DNA of 64,000 nt, taken from contig JACQHJ010000004.1 in assembly GCA_016199085.1 (NCBI GenBank), positions 16,926-80,925 of the forward strand, in the 5' to 3' direction. The position numbers were made by a program, and so were the translations under genes. Below are positions 56,133 to 64,000 of the stretch, piece by piece; within the stretch, counting starts at the first letter, position 1, and each line of letters begins with the position of its first letter. Source of the DNA: Candidatus Levyibacteriota bacterium. GTDB lineage: Bacteria; Patescibacteriota; Microgenomatia; Levybacterales; UBA12049. A model generated the notes under the pieces. The model searched no databases and was not told where the DNA came from. It saw nothing but the letters and a program-made list of their open reading frames with translations.

Positions 56133-56756
56133 ATGTTTAAGGATAGGGTAGACGCTGCCTTAAAGCTTTGCCAAAAACTAACATTTTTCAAAAATGGTAA
56201 TTTTGTTGTCGTGGGGCTAACTCGGGGTGGAGTAGTAACAGCAAAAGAAGTATCGAAATTTCTTAATCTTCCCCTAAGAGCAATGATTGTTAAAAAAATT
56301 GGTGCACCCGGTAGTCCCGAACTTGCAATCGGAGCAATTGCTTATTCAGGACACGTATTTTGGAATAAAGACTTATGTGTAAGGCTTGGTATAAATTCTT
56401 CTTTAAAAAACATCTTTTGGAAAGATAAACAAAAAGAGATAAATCTTCTGAAAAAAGAAATGGGAATTAGGCTTGGAGGAAACGAATTTAGAGGGAAAAA
56501 CGTTTTATTGGTAGACGATGGTATTGCAACCGGAATGAGCGTTTTGGCGGCTTTGGAATCTTTAAGAAAGCAGAAAGTAAAGAAAGTTATTCTAGCAGTG
56601 CCGGTCATAGCCATTGATACATTAAATTATATTAAAAAATATTTTGATGGAGTCATTTATTTAAAAAAGCAAAAAGATTTTTATGCAGTTTCAGAGTATT
56701 ACAAGGATTTTCCCCAGGTTGAAACCAATGAGGTTTCCAGACTGCTTACAAAGTAG
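56133..56756 (+). CDS. type I phosphoribosyltransferase
   Basis: PRPP-binding loop VLLVDDGIATGMS. The listed 56127 start is a GTG, so the ATG at 56133 is preferred. Confidence 0.7.
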   Translation: MFKDRVDAALKLCQKLTFFKNGNFVVVGLTRGGVVTAKEVSKFLNLPLRAMIVKKIGAPGSPELAIGAIAYSGHVFWNKDLCVRLGINSSLKNIFWKDKQKEINLLKKEMGIRLGGNEFRGKNVLLVDDGIATGMSVLAALESLRKQKVKKVILAVPVIAIDTLNYIKKYFDGVIYLKKQKDFYAVSEYYKDFPQVETNEVSRLLTK

Positions 56757-56811
56757 TTTGTAGTTGATTGTTTAGGTTTAATCATTTATATTCTAAATAC
56801 TAAATCAGTTT

Positions 56812-57429
56812 ATGAAATTAATAGTAGGACTTGGTAATCCCGGTGAAAAACATGAAAGCACAAGGCATAATCTTGGTTTTATAATCATAGACCATCTTCT
56901 AAAAGACATTGAAAGCGTTAGGGATGGGAAGTGGGAAGAAAACGTTAAATTTAAAGGCGAAATTTTTTCTTTGGAATATAAACCAAAGAAAGGTGAGATA
57001 GAAAAAGTAATTCTTCTAAAACCCAAGACGTATATGAATAACAGCGGAATGGCTGTTTCGCTTGTAGCTTCTTTTTATAAAGTAAATCCCCAAGATATTT
57101 GGATAATACATGATGAACTCGATCTTCCCTTAGGTTTTATGAAAATAAGGCTTGGTGGAGGAGCAGCAGGTCACCACGGAGTTGAATCGGTAATGACAGC
57201 GCTAAACACGGATAAGTTTTGGCGATTTAGAATTGGCATTGGAGCTTCCAAAAATAGAGATGAAATAGCCAAGCATAATTTCAAAAATGCCAAGGATTTT
57301 GTCTTGGATATTTTCAGAACAGGTGAGTCAGGAACAGTAAAGCACATTATTAAAAGAGCTGTTGAGGCATTAAAACTTTCTTTGGAAAAAGATATTAATT
57401 CCGCAATGAATAGGTTTAATACGAAATAA
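56812..57429 (+). CDS. pth: peptidyl-tRNA hydrolase
   Basis: MKLIVGLGNPGEKHESTRHNLGF. Confidence 0.9.
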   Translation: MKLIVGLGNPGEKHESTRHNLGFIIIDHLLKDIESVRDGKWEENVKFKGEIFSLEYKPKKGEIEKVILLKPKTYMNNSGMAVSLVASFYKVNPQDIWIIHDELDLPLGFMKIRLGGGAAGHHGVESVMTALNTDKFWRFRIGIGASKNRDEIAKHNFKNAKDFVLDIFRTGESGTVKHIIKRAVEALKLSLEKDINSAMNRFNTK

Positions 57430-57457
57430 TCCTTTTTGCCTTTGGTATAATAGTTTA

Positions 57458-57727
57458 ATGCAGTCAGTTGGTAAGATATTAAAAAGATTCAATCCCACCC
57501 AGGACAAATATATTTCCCGTGATTTTCAGGCATACGGCATTTGGCTTTCTGAAGAAATGGATGACTATAAAAATAGGGGAATGTGGATTAAACTTGCCAA
57601 AACTAATCACAGAAGTATTTTGGAAAAAGCTTTATCCTTTGTTAAAGACAGTAACGCTGATAACAAGACAGCTTTGTTTTTATGGAAAATGAAGCAGTTA
57701 AAAAATGAAAAAACTAATACTAAATAG
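57458..57727 (+). CDS. hypothetical protein (89 aa)
   Basis: ORF with an ATG start. No motif was found. Confidence 0.4.
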   Translation: MQSVGKILKRFNPTQDKYISRDFQAYGIWLSEEMDDYKNRGMWIKLAKTNHRSILEKALSFVKDSNADNKTALFLWKMKQLKNEKTNTK

Positions 57728-58256
57728 CCTTACCAAGCATCCTTATTTTCCAATTTTTCTATTTATAGTCTCACTTCTTATCTCTTTGGGTGCTTTTATC
57801 TATAGGGATTATTTTGAGAGCGCCCAGACCTTAGGACTGGTTGGACTTTTCATTATTAATCTTGTATCAAGCGCTACTTTTTTTGTTTCAGGGCCTGCAT
57901 TTTTAACCGTTATAGCAGGAGGTTCTGTATACAATCCACTTCTGGTTGCCTTTATTGCCTCACTTGGAGCATCTATTGGCGATCTAGTATCGTTTGCCCT
58001 CGGTCATTCAGGAAGACACGTGGCCTTAAGAAGGCTTGAGAAACATCCGTGGTTTGTCTTTATTGAGAAAGTATTTAAAAAACACGGGTTTTGGATTATC
58101 TTTCTTTTTGCCCTGATTCCAAATCCTTTGTTTGACGCTATCGGCTTAATTGCTGGAGTGTTTAGGCTTAACTGGAAAATATTTTTTGTTTTAATTCTTC
58201 TTGGCAGATTTACAAGGTTTATAATTCTTGCCTTAATTGGAGCAAAAATTGACTAA
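57705..58256 (+). CDS. DedA/VTT-domain (YqaA-like) membrane protein
   Basis: GGSVYNPLLVAFIASLGASIGDLVSFALG and LIPNPLFDAIGLIAG match the VTT/SNARE-associated pattern. Confidence 0.55.
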   Translation: MKKLILNSLTKHPYFPIFLFIVSLLISLGAFIYRDYFESAQTLGLVGLFIINLVSSATFFVSGPAFLTVIAGGSVYNPLLVAFIASLGASIGDLVSFALGHSGRHVALRRLEKHPWFVFIEKVFKKHGFWIIFLFALIPNPLFDAIGLIAGVFRLNWKIFFVLILLGRFTRFIILALIGAKID

Positions 58257-58529
58257 ATGAAAAGCACGCATATTTTCGTAATGGGCTTTGTCCATGGAGT
58301 AGGATTTAGAAGATATATAAAAAAGGAGGCTAAAAGCTTAGGTTTAAAAGGCTGGGTTAAAAATTTACCTGATGGAAGAGTCGAAATCTTAGCTCAAGGC
58401 AGTCAAAGCCAAGTTGATCAACTAATTGAAATTTCTCAGAAAGGAAATATTTTCTCAATGGTTAAAGGAGTAGTAGTAGATATAAAAGAAGATGATATTG
58501 CTTTTAATGACTTTGAGATCCTTTTTTGA
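58257..58529 (+). CDS. acyP: acylphosphatase
   Basis: V.G.VHGVGFRRY signature and ~90 aa. Confidence 0.8.
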   Translation: MKSTHIFVMGFVHGVGFRRYIKKEAKSLGLKGWVKNLPDGRVEILAQGSQSQVDQLIEISQKGNIFSMVKGVVVDIKEDDIAFNDFEILF

Positions 58530-59643
58530 CTCTTGTTGAAAACCAATACGCGGCAATGAGTGTCACAATAGGCACGGAAAGCAAAAGCCCCATACTTCCT
58601 GAAATAATCTTAATTATCTCATCAGATATAATTTCGTTGTTGATAATGACCCAATAAGGAAGCTGACCAGGGTTTAAAACTAAAAATATAAAAACCGCAA
58701 AAGCACTTCCAACGTAGGCAAGAATTAATGTATTTACCAAAGAGGCAATGTGTTCTTTACCAACGCTTAGTCCTTTTTCAAAAAGTTCAATAAAAGTAAG
58801 CTTGCTATTAGCTTCTCTTAGTTCATAAATAGTTGTTGATTGGGTTGTAGTGATGTCATTTAGGGCCCCAAGAGTTGTGATAATGATTCCTGATAGAAAT
58901 AACCCTCTTATGTCAATAATACTCGTTGGCCCAAGCTGAAGCGAGTATGCTTCCTCGTTGCCAAGCCCGGTTATATTTGAAAGTTGGATTGCGGCTGTTG
59001 CAAAAAGAGCCGTAAAAAAAAGTGAGATAATCGTTGAAATTAGCGCAATAGTAGTTTTTTGCGATACTCCATGGGCAAGATAGGTCGTTGTCAGAATAAT
59101 GATAAGCGAGCCGATAATGGTTATAGCTAGAGGATCGTAGCCTTTTAAGATAAAGGGAATGATAAAGACCAAAATTACCGCAAGACTTATAAGCATACCA
59201 AGGGTTGAGCCAATTCCTTTTTTGCCGCCTACTAAAACAACGGCTATAAAAAAGATCAATAAAAAGATAGCAATGGTATTTAGCCTGTAAAAGTCATAGA
59301 CAGAATAAGTTGTCTGGCCGTTTGGATAGATAACTTTGGCAATGACTATTTCCTGGCCGACTTTTAAGAGCTGATTTTTTCCCATCCTAAATTGTTTTCC
59401 GTTTTCAATAGTTTTTGTCTGGTCTTTTTCCGGACCCTCAGTAAGTCTTACCTCAAGAGTCTGATAATAGCTTTTATAGTTATCAACCTCTGTTTCTCCC
59501 TGTTCTTTAATGTTTTGAACGACTGCTTTATAAAATTCCTGTTTCGGGGTAGGGAGGCTTTTCGGTCCTTGGGCAAAAGAGGTAGCTGTAAAAACCTGGA
59601 GAAGGAGAAAAAATAAAAAACTTGCCAATATCTTTTTAAGCAT
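58504..59643 (-). CDS. integral membrane protein with N-terminal signal peptide and periplasmic domain (function unknown)
   Basis: Signal peptide, ~100-aa soluble segment, then 6-7 TM helices. Confidence 0.5.
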   Translation of the reverse strand: MLKKILASFLFFLLLQVFTATSFAQGPKSLPTPKQEFYKAVVQNIKEQGETEVDNYKSYYQTLEVRLTEGPEKDQTKTIENGKQFRMGKNQLLKVGQEIVIAKVIYPNGQTTYSVYDFYRLNTIAIFLLIFFIAVVLVGGKKGIGSTLGMLISLAVILVFIIPFILKGYDPLAITIIGSLIIILTTTYLAHGVSQKTTIALISTIISLFFTALFATAAIQLSNITGLGNEEAYSLQLGPTSIIDIRGLFLSGIIITTLGALNDITTTQSTTIYELREANSKLTFIELFEKGLSVGKEHIASLVNTLILAYVGSAFAVFIFLVLNPGQLPYWVIINNEIISDEIIKIISGSMGLLLSVPIVTLIAAYWFSTRVKKGSQSH

Positions 59644-59683
59644 TTGCTAGATTATACCAAAATTGCATAAAACTTTTAGTACT

Positions 59684-59775
59684 TGACAAATGCAAATGGC
59701 TTGCATATACTAATGCGAGTAAGTTGCATTTACCTAAATAACATTGATTCTAGAGAGGCCTAGGCTTTCTAGAAT
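59684..59775 (+). promoter_or_regulatory. near-consensus sigma70 promoter plus two palindromic candidate operators upstream of the fur-family gene
   Basis: TTGACA (59684-89), 16 nt, TATACT (59706-11). The palindrome TGCAAatggcTTGCA (59691-705) lies in the spacer. A perfect 8-bp inverted repeat ATTCTAGA-N13-TCTAGAAT (59747-59775) lies just upstream of the ATG. Confidence 0.5.
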
Positions 59776-59782
59776 AGAATTT

Positions 59783-60214
59783 ATGTTTAATCTTATTAAA
59801 AATCATGATTGTAGACAGGAGTTAAAGGGTTTTGAGGTTAAGGCAACGCCCGCAAGGCTTGCTGTGATGAAATTCTTGGAGTCTTCCAATCAGCCCGTCG
59901 ACGTCAACGCAATCTTAGACTATTTAACAAGGGAAAGTATTCATGCTGATCCTGCAACAATTTTTAGAATGATGAATGCCTTTGTCGATAAAGGTATCTT
60001 AAAAAAGATAGATTTTAGAGAAGGAAAGACGAGGTATGAACTATCAAGCAAAGGAGATCATCATCATTTAGTTTGTACAAACTGCGGAAATGTAGAACGC
60101 ATTGAAGATTCCCATATGAAAGAATTTGAAGAAGAGATTAAGAAAAAAAAGAAATTTTTGGTTAAATCTCATTCTCTGGAGTTTTTTGGAATATGTCAGA
60201 ATTGCCAGTCTTAA
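59783..60214 (+). CDS. zur: Fur-family metalloregulator, probably Zur
   Basis: Fur-family wHTH plus HHHLVCTNCG..C..C metal sites. It is followed by a ZIP zinc transporter. The listed 59744 start is a TTG, so the ATG at 59783 is preferred. Confidence 0.75.
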   Translation: MFNLIKNHDCRQELKGFEVKATPARLAVMKFLESSNQPVDVNAILDYLTRESIHADPATIFRMMNAFVDKGILKKIDFREGKTRYELSSKGDHHHLVCTNCGNVERIEDSHMKEFEEEIKKKKKFLVKSHSLEFFGICQNCQS

Positions 60215-60993
60215 TTTACATTTTATTTTTTACCTTAGTTGGTAGCGTATTTTCTTTAATGGGGGGAATATTTTTACTGCTAAAAGAAAAGAAAGTCTTG
60301 AAATATTCTCATTTCCTGGCTGCATTTGCCGCAGGAACTTTGCTTGGAACGGTATTTTTCGATCTTTTGCCAGAAGCTGTAGAAGAAGGTGAGCACGTCG
60401 TAGAGATGGGTCTATTAGAAGATGTTAATATTTTTTTCTGGGTACTTTTTGGTATTTTAGGTTTTTTCCTGCTTGAACGCTTTGTCCACTGGTTTCATCA
60501 TCATCAACACGATTACGGCGAGGAACTCGTGAAACCTACGGTTCCTTTAATAGTTTTAGGAGACAGCGTTCATAATTTTATTGATGGGGTTGCAATCGGA
60601 GCGACATTTTTAGTCAGTATTCCTTTAGGAATTATCACTTCTCTGGCTGTTGCGGCCCATGAAATTCCCCAGGAGATTGGTGATTTTGGAATCCTTTTGC
60701 ATAAAGGATTAAAAAGAAAAAAAGTTTTGCTGATTAACTTTTTTAGTGCACTAACTGCGGTGGTTGGAGCTTTAATTTCTTTTGTACTGGGTGAGAGAAT
60801 TGAAGCAACCCTACCGATACTTCTAGCTATTACAGCAGGTTTTTTCATCTATATCGCAGCGTCAGATTTAATACCTGAAATTCACCATGAGAACAGAAAA
60901 GGATTTGCGGTTATCGAAACAACACTTATGTTTTTAGGAGTAATAATTATCTGGATATTCGTAAATGTTCTTTCCGGATTGTCAGGTCAGTAA
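60193..60993 (+). CDS. zupT: ZIP-family zinc transporter (ZupT-like)
   Basis: ZIP signature HEIPQEIGDFGIL, His-rich loop HHHQHD, and 8 TM. Confidence 0.8.
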   Translation: MSELPVLIYILFFTLVGSVFSLMGGIFLLLKEKKVLKYSHFLAAFAAGTLLGTVFFDLLPEAVEEGEHVVEMGLLEDVNIFFWVLFGILGFFLLERFVHWFHHHQHDYGEELVKPTVPLIVLGDSVHNFIDGVAIGATFLVSIPLGIITSLAVAAHEIPQEIGDFGILLHKGLKRKKVLLINFFSALTAVVGALISFVLGERIEATLPILLAITAGFFIYIAASDLIPEIHHENRKGFAVIETTLMFLGVIIIWIFVNVLSGLSGQ

Positions 60994-60995
60994 TT

Positions 60996-61841
60996 TTATT
61001 CTTCTAAAGCTTGGTCAATAAGGGGCTTGATTGATGTGTAAGGCTCTGCTCCAACAACTGATCTTCCATTAATAAAGATTGTAGGCGTCCCTGATACTCC
61101 AGCGGCTTGACCCTCAGACATATCTTTATCAAGATTTGCCTGAAATTTGCTTGACTCCATACAGGATTTAAACTGATTGGTATTTACGCCAAGCGTTCCT
61201 GCAATTTCTGTCATCTTTTCAGTTGTAAACATACTTGTATCACTTTCGGAAGGCTGGTTAGTATACAGATAGTCATGCATTTCCCAAAACTTCTTTTGCT
61301 CATTGGCGCATTCAACTGCATTTCCTGCAACAATTGAAGCAGGTCCAAGGAATTCAAAATGCCTAAAATAAAAGACTGCTTTTCCGGTTTCTACGTAATC
61401 TTTGATTATACTTTGCTCTGTTTCTCTATAGAACTGGGCACAGAATGGGCACCTTAGATCTGCAAATTCGACTATTTTAACTTTTGCGTTTTCATCTCCT
61501 AGAGGAGGAAGGTTTCCGACTGCAACGTCCACTTTTTGACCAGGTTGTAATTGATTATCCTCTCCTACAGGAACAGTTGAATCTGTAACTACGGCTGTCT
61601 GTCCTTTTTCAAGATACTGGACTTTAGTTATTAAGACTCCCAGCAAAAACGCAGCAATGACTAGAAGCACTGCCAGAATCGGTGTATATGACTTTGGTTT
61701 ATACGATGTAGCTAGTTTTGCTAAAATACCAAAAGGTTTAGCCAGAATTGAAGTTGTTTTTTTTAAATCTAAAGAGGGGGTTTTTGAAACAGGGGAGGTA
61801 GTTTCTACTTGATTTTCCAAAGTATTTTTAGCTCTTGCCAT
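60996..61841 (-). CDS. membrane-anchored DsbA-like thiol:disulfide oxidoreductase
   Basis: TM anchor and thioredoxin-fold CPFC active site. Confidence 0.7.
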   Translation of the reverse strand: MARAKNTLENQVETTSPVSKTPSLDLKKTTSILAKPFGILAKLATSYKPKSYTPILAVLLVIAAFLLGVLITKVQYLEKGQTAVVTDSTVPVGEDNQLQPGQKVDVAVGNLPPLGDENAKVKIVEFADLRCPFCAQFYRETEQSIIKDYVETGKAVFYFRHFEFLGPASIVAGNAVECANEQKKFWEMHDYLYTNQPSESDTSMFTTEKMTEIAGTLGVNTNQFKSCMESSKFQANLDKDMSEGQAAGVSGTPTIFINGRSVVGAEPYTSIKPLIDQALEE

Positions 61842-62273
61842 AGAAGCATTTTATTTTTTTTGAAAATGCTTGTCAAGCACTAAAACTTACTTTTCACACT
61901 TTGTCCGGATGAGTGAAGATTAATTTCATAAAATTGAAATATTCATCTTCTTCCTTTTTACTTTTTCGACTAAACACTAGATCTTTCTGATCTTTCTCCA
62001 AAGTCTTTTTTAAGTTTACAAATAGCTTTTTAAAGTTTATCAGGCTTCCAAAGCTACTTACTGAAAAATCTATCGTATTCGTACTCAATGTCGCCTGCCT
62101 CATTTTTGCTTTCTTCACCTCCCTCTCTGTGTTTAATTAAAACGCTTAATCAGCCCCGATGTTACTAGGTATAGCATGCGATTTCAGTAAGATGAAAGAC
62201 AAATGTGGAGTAAGCGCTGTTACACGCATGTGATAATTGTCAAAAAAGATAAGGTATGCTAGTATAAATTAAG

Positions 62274-62942
62274 ATGGATACAGAGTTATTTTTAAAACTT
62301 CGTCCATTATTTCATAAGTACCCACCTCTTTATTACAAAAAAGAGCAGATAATAATCCGCCCTGAAGATAAAATTGAGAATATTTATTTCATTGAGAAAG
62401 GTTTCGTTAGATTCTATTATCTTTCCGATGAAGGTAAAGAAATGACCTTTTTAATCTATAAACCCGGATATTTCTTTCCCATTCTTTATGCCTTTTTTGG
62501 TAATAAAACCAGATACTATTTTGAAGCCCTAACCCCTGTTGTTTTACGAAGGGCACCAAGGGAGACATTTACAAAAGTAGTTGAGGCAAATAACGCACTT
62601 TCGCTGGCAATCAGTAAAGAGATCATACTTCGCATGCAGGGGATACTGAGCAAAATGGAATTTTTAACACTAGGCGGTGCCTATCAAAATGTTGCGTTTA
62701 CTATTCTAATCTGCGCCCAGGAGTTTGGAAAGAAGAATAAACAATCAATCGTTTTAAACCTTCCCCTAGCTCACAAAGACATTGCTTCAATGGCGGGACT
62801 GACTAGAGAAACGGTCAGTATCGAGATGAAAAGACTTGAAAAAGAAGGCCTCATTGCCTATAAGAGAAATCATATTACGATAAAAAACCTTGATAAATAC
62901 AAGAAAAAAACCAAGATTGAATTAAACTACGAATACAGTTAA
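62274..62942 (+). CDS. Crp/Fnr-family transcriptional regulator
   Basis: cNMP-binding beta-roll followed by HTH DIASMAGLTRETVSIEMKRLEKEGLI. Confidence 0.8.
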   Translation: MDTELFLKLRPLFHKYPPLYYKKEQIIIRPEDKIENIYFIEKGFVRFYYLSDEGKEMTFLIYKPGYFFPILYAFFGNKTRYYFEALTPVVLRRAPRETFTKVVEANNALSLAISKEIILRMQGILSKMEFLTLGGAYQNVAFTILICAQEFGKKNKQSIVLNLPLAHKDIASMAGLTRETVSIEMKRLEKEGLIAYKRNHITIKNLDKYKKKTKIELNYEYS

Positions 62943-62984
62943 GTCTTGATTTTAGTTTCTCCTTAGGTATAATACGGCCAGTTA

Positions 62985-64000
62985 TGACTCCAGATCGGCC
63001 AAGAATAGGCGTAATTCCTCACCCAGATTGGGATCATATTAATTGGTATTCCGAGCAAGAATTGGTAAGAGCGGCTTATATGCTTATTCCAAGATATCAT
63101 GCAATTGAGGAAATGACACATCGAACAACTGTCTTGCACCACGCTTTAAGAGTCCAAGCAACATCTGTACACTTTTCCCAAATGCTTTTAAATCTTGGAG
63201 TTGAAATACATCAGCCAAAAATTATTTTTCTTTCCGATCATCATGATGATTGCGAAATGGTTACGGGAGATATTCCAACCCCTGTAAAAACAAATGCAAC
63301 GCCCGAAGAAAGAGAACAAATAGACAAAGATGAGATAGAAGCAGCATTGCTGGTAGAAGATTTAGTCGCCAAGCCAAAGTTTATACCGTCATTCCAAGTA
63401 GTAGTCGACGAGTTTAGGGAGCAACGCACAATTGAAGCAAGAGTGGTAAAATTTGCAGACAAATGGGACGGTTTGCAAGAAGCGGTTCATGAAGTAGTAA
63501 CAGGAACAAATAAAGATGGGTTTAAACAGGTAATCCGCGAGTATGAGGCAAAGTTTAGAGATTTACGGGAGCAAAACAGGGATTGGCAGGATATTGTAAG
63601 TCACATTATCGGAGAAGCTTTTTTTGAGTTTCCCGATCCTGAAACTCTTTCTCCAAAAACCATACCCCAGTTAAGTTTTAGAACGCCTGAAGATTTTATT
63701 GAAAGTCTTTGTCAGGGTAACCCTGCAAGTTATAGATATTGGCTCATTTTTAATAGGATCGCTTTTGGCCTGGACTTTTTAAAACAGGTATTTCCTGGCT
63801 GGATGGGCGCTTTTCCAAATAATGTACTGGAAGATATTGAAAGAGTAAGGCAAGGTAGGCCAAGAAAAAGAGCATCAGGCCTTATTTTGCCATCGACATA
63901 CATTGATCCGAATGAAGTTGATTTTGGAAAACCGCTTTTACAAATGACAATAGATGATACGCTTACAGAGATTGACGAATTAGCAGAAGTTATAAATAGG
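62985..64000 (+). CDS. HD-domain phosphohydrolase, YfbR-like 5'-deoxynucleotidase family (3'-truncated by window end)
   Basis: The frame from the ATG at 62985 stays open to the window end. HD motif H..HALRV ... LSDHHDDCEMVTGDIPTPVK matches YfbR (LLHD..E..TGD.PTP). It is not in the ORF track because it has no stop. Confidence 0.6.

Noticed and set aside
61894-62118. 74-aa Lys-rich ORF in the AT-rich spacer between dsbA-like and crp genes
   Set aside because: It has no SD and a low-complexity composition. The region looks like a promoter or spacer, so it is kept out of the feature list.
63241-63462. 73-aa minus-strand ORF
   Set aside because: It is antisense to the long open HD-domain frame that runs to the window end. 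It is low-complexity Ser/Thr-rich.
1-64000. CRISPR arrays, rRNA genes, IS elements and prophage blocks
   Set aside because: There are no regularly spaced short repeats, no rRNA-like conserved stretches, and no transposase or phage structural genes. The only mobile-type elements are the three inteins.

Overview
This is a low-GC (roughly 35-40%), gene-dense bacterial window with short intergenic spacers and many small membrane proteins. The overall content is consistent with a reduced-genome, CPR/Patescibacteria-like lineage (inference). Supporting signs are an ATP-dependent (archaeal/eukaryotic-type) DNA ligase, an EndoQ-like PHP nuclease, tandem PBP1A paralogs, lone glycolytic genes, and inteins in two essential enzymes. 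The recognisable backbone includes ssrA-smpB, two class A PBPs, rpiB/rpe, pgk/gap, nrdR and nrdJ, a PduO-type cobalamin adenosyltransferase, two tRNAs, xerC/D, murI-murD, tgt, trpS, ftsH, polA-like 5'-3' exonuclease, fpg, recF, gpsA, pth, acyP, a zur-zupT pair and a Crp/Fnr regulator. Three LAGLIDADG-type inteins are present: two in the class II ribonucleotide reductase (one at the catalytic NPCGE cysteine) and one in the FtsH AAA+ module. The most interesting locus is at 24571-25938. A cobalamin-riboswitch-like leader with an RBS-sequestering terminator sits directly upstream of an uncharacterised Cys-rich 403-aa protein. It lies immediately downstream of the AdoCbl-dependent nrdJ and the pduO-type adenosyltransferase, making it a candidate novel B12-responsive or B12-acquisition module. 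Other notable items are a tRNA with a UAU anticodon, tandem palindromic repeats upstream of a Fic gene, a terminator-flanked GC-elevated sulfotransferase-like gene between a TrpR-like regulator and trpS, and a 420-nt structured noncoding spacer.
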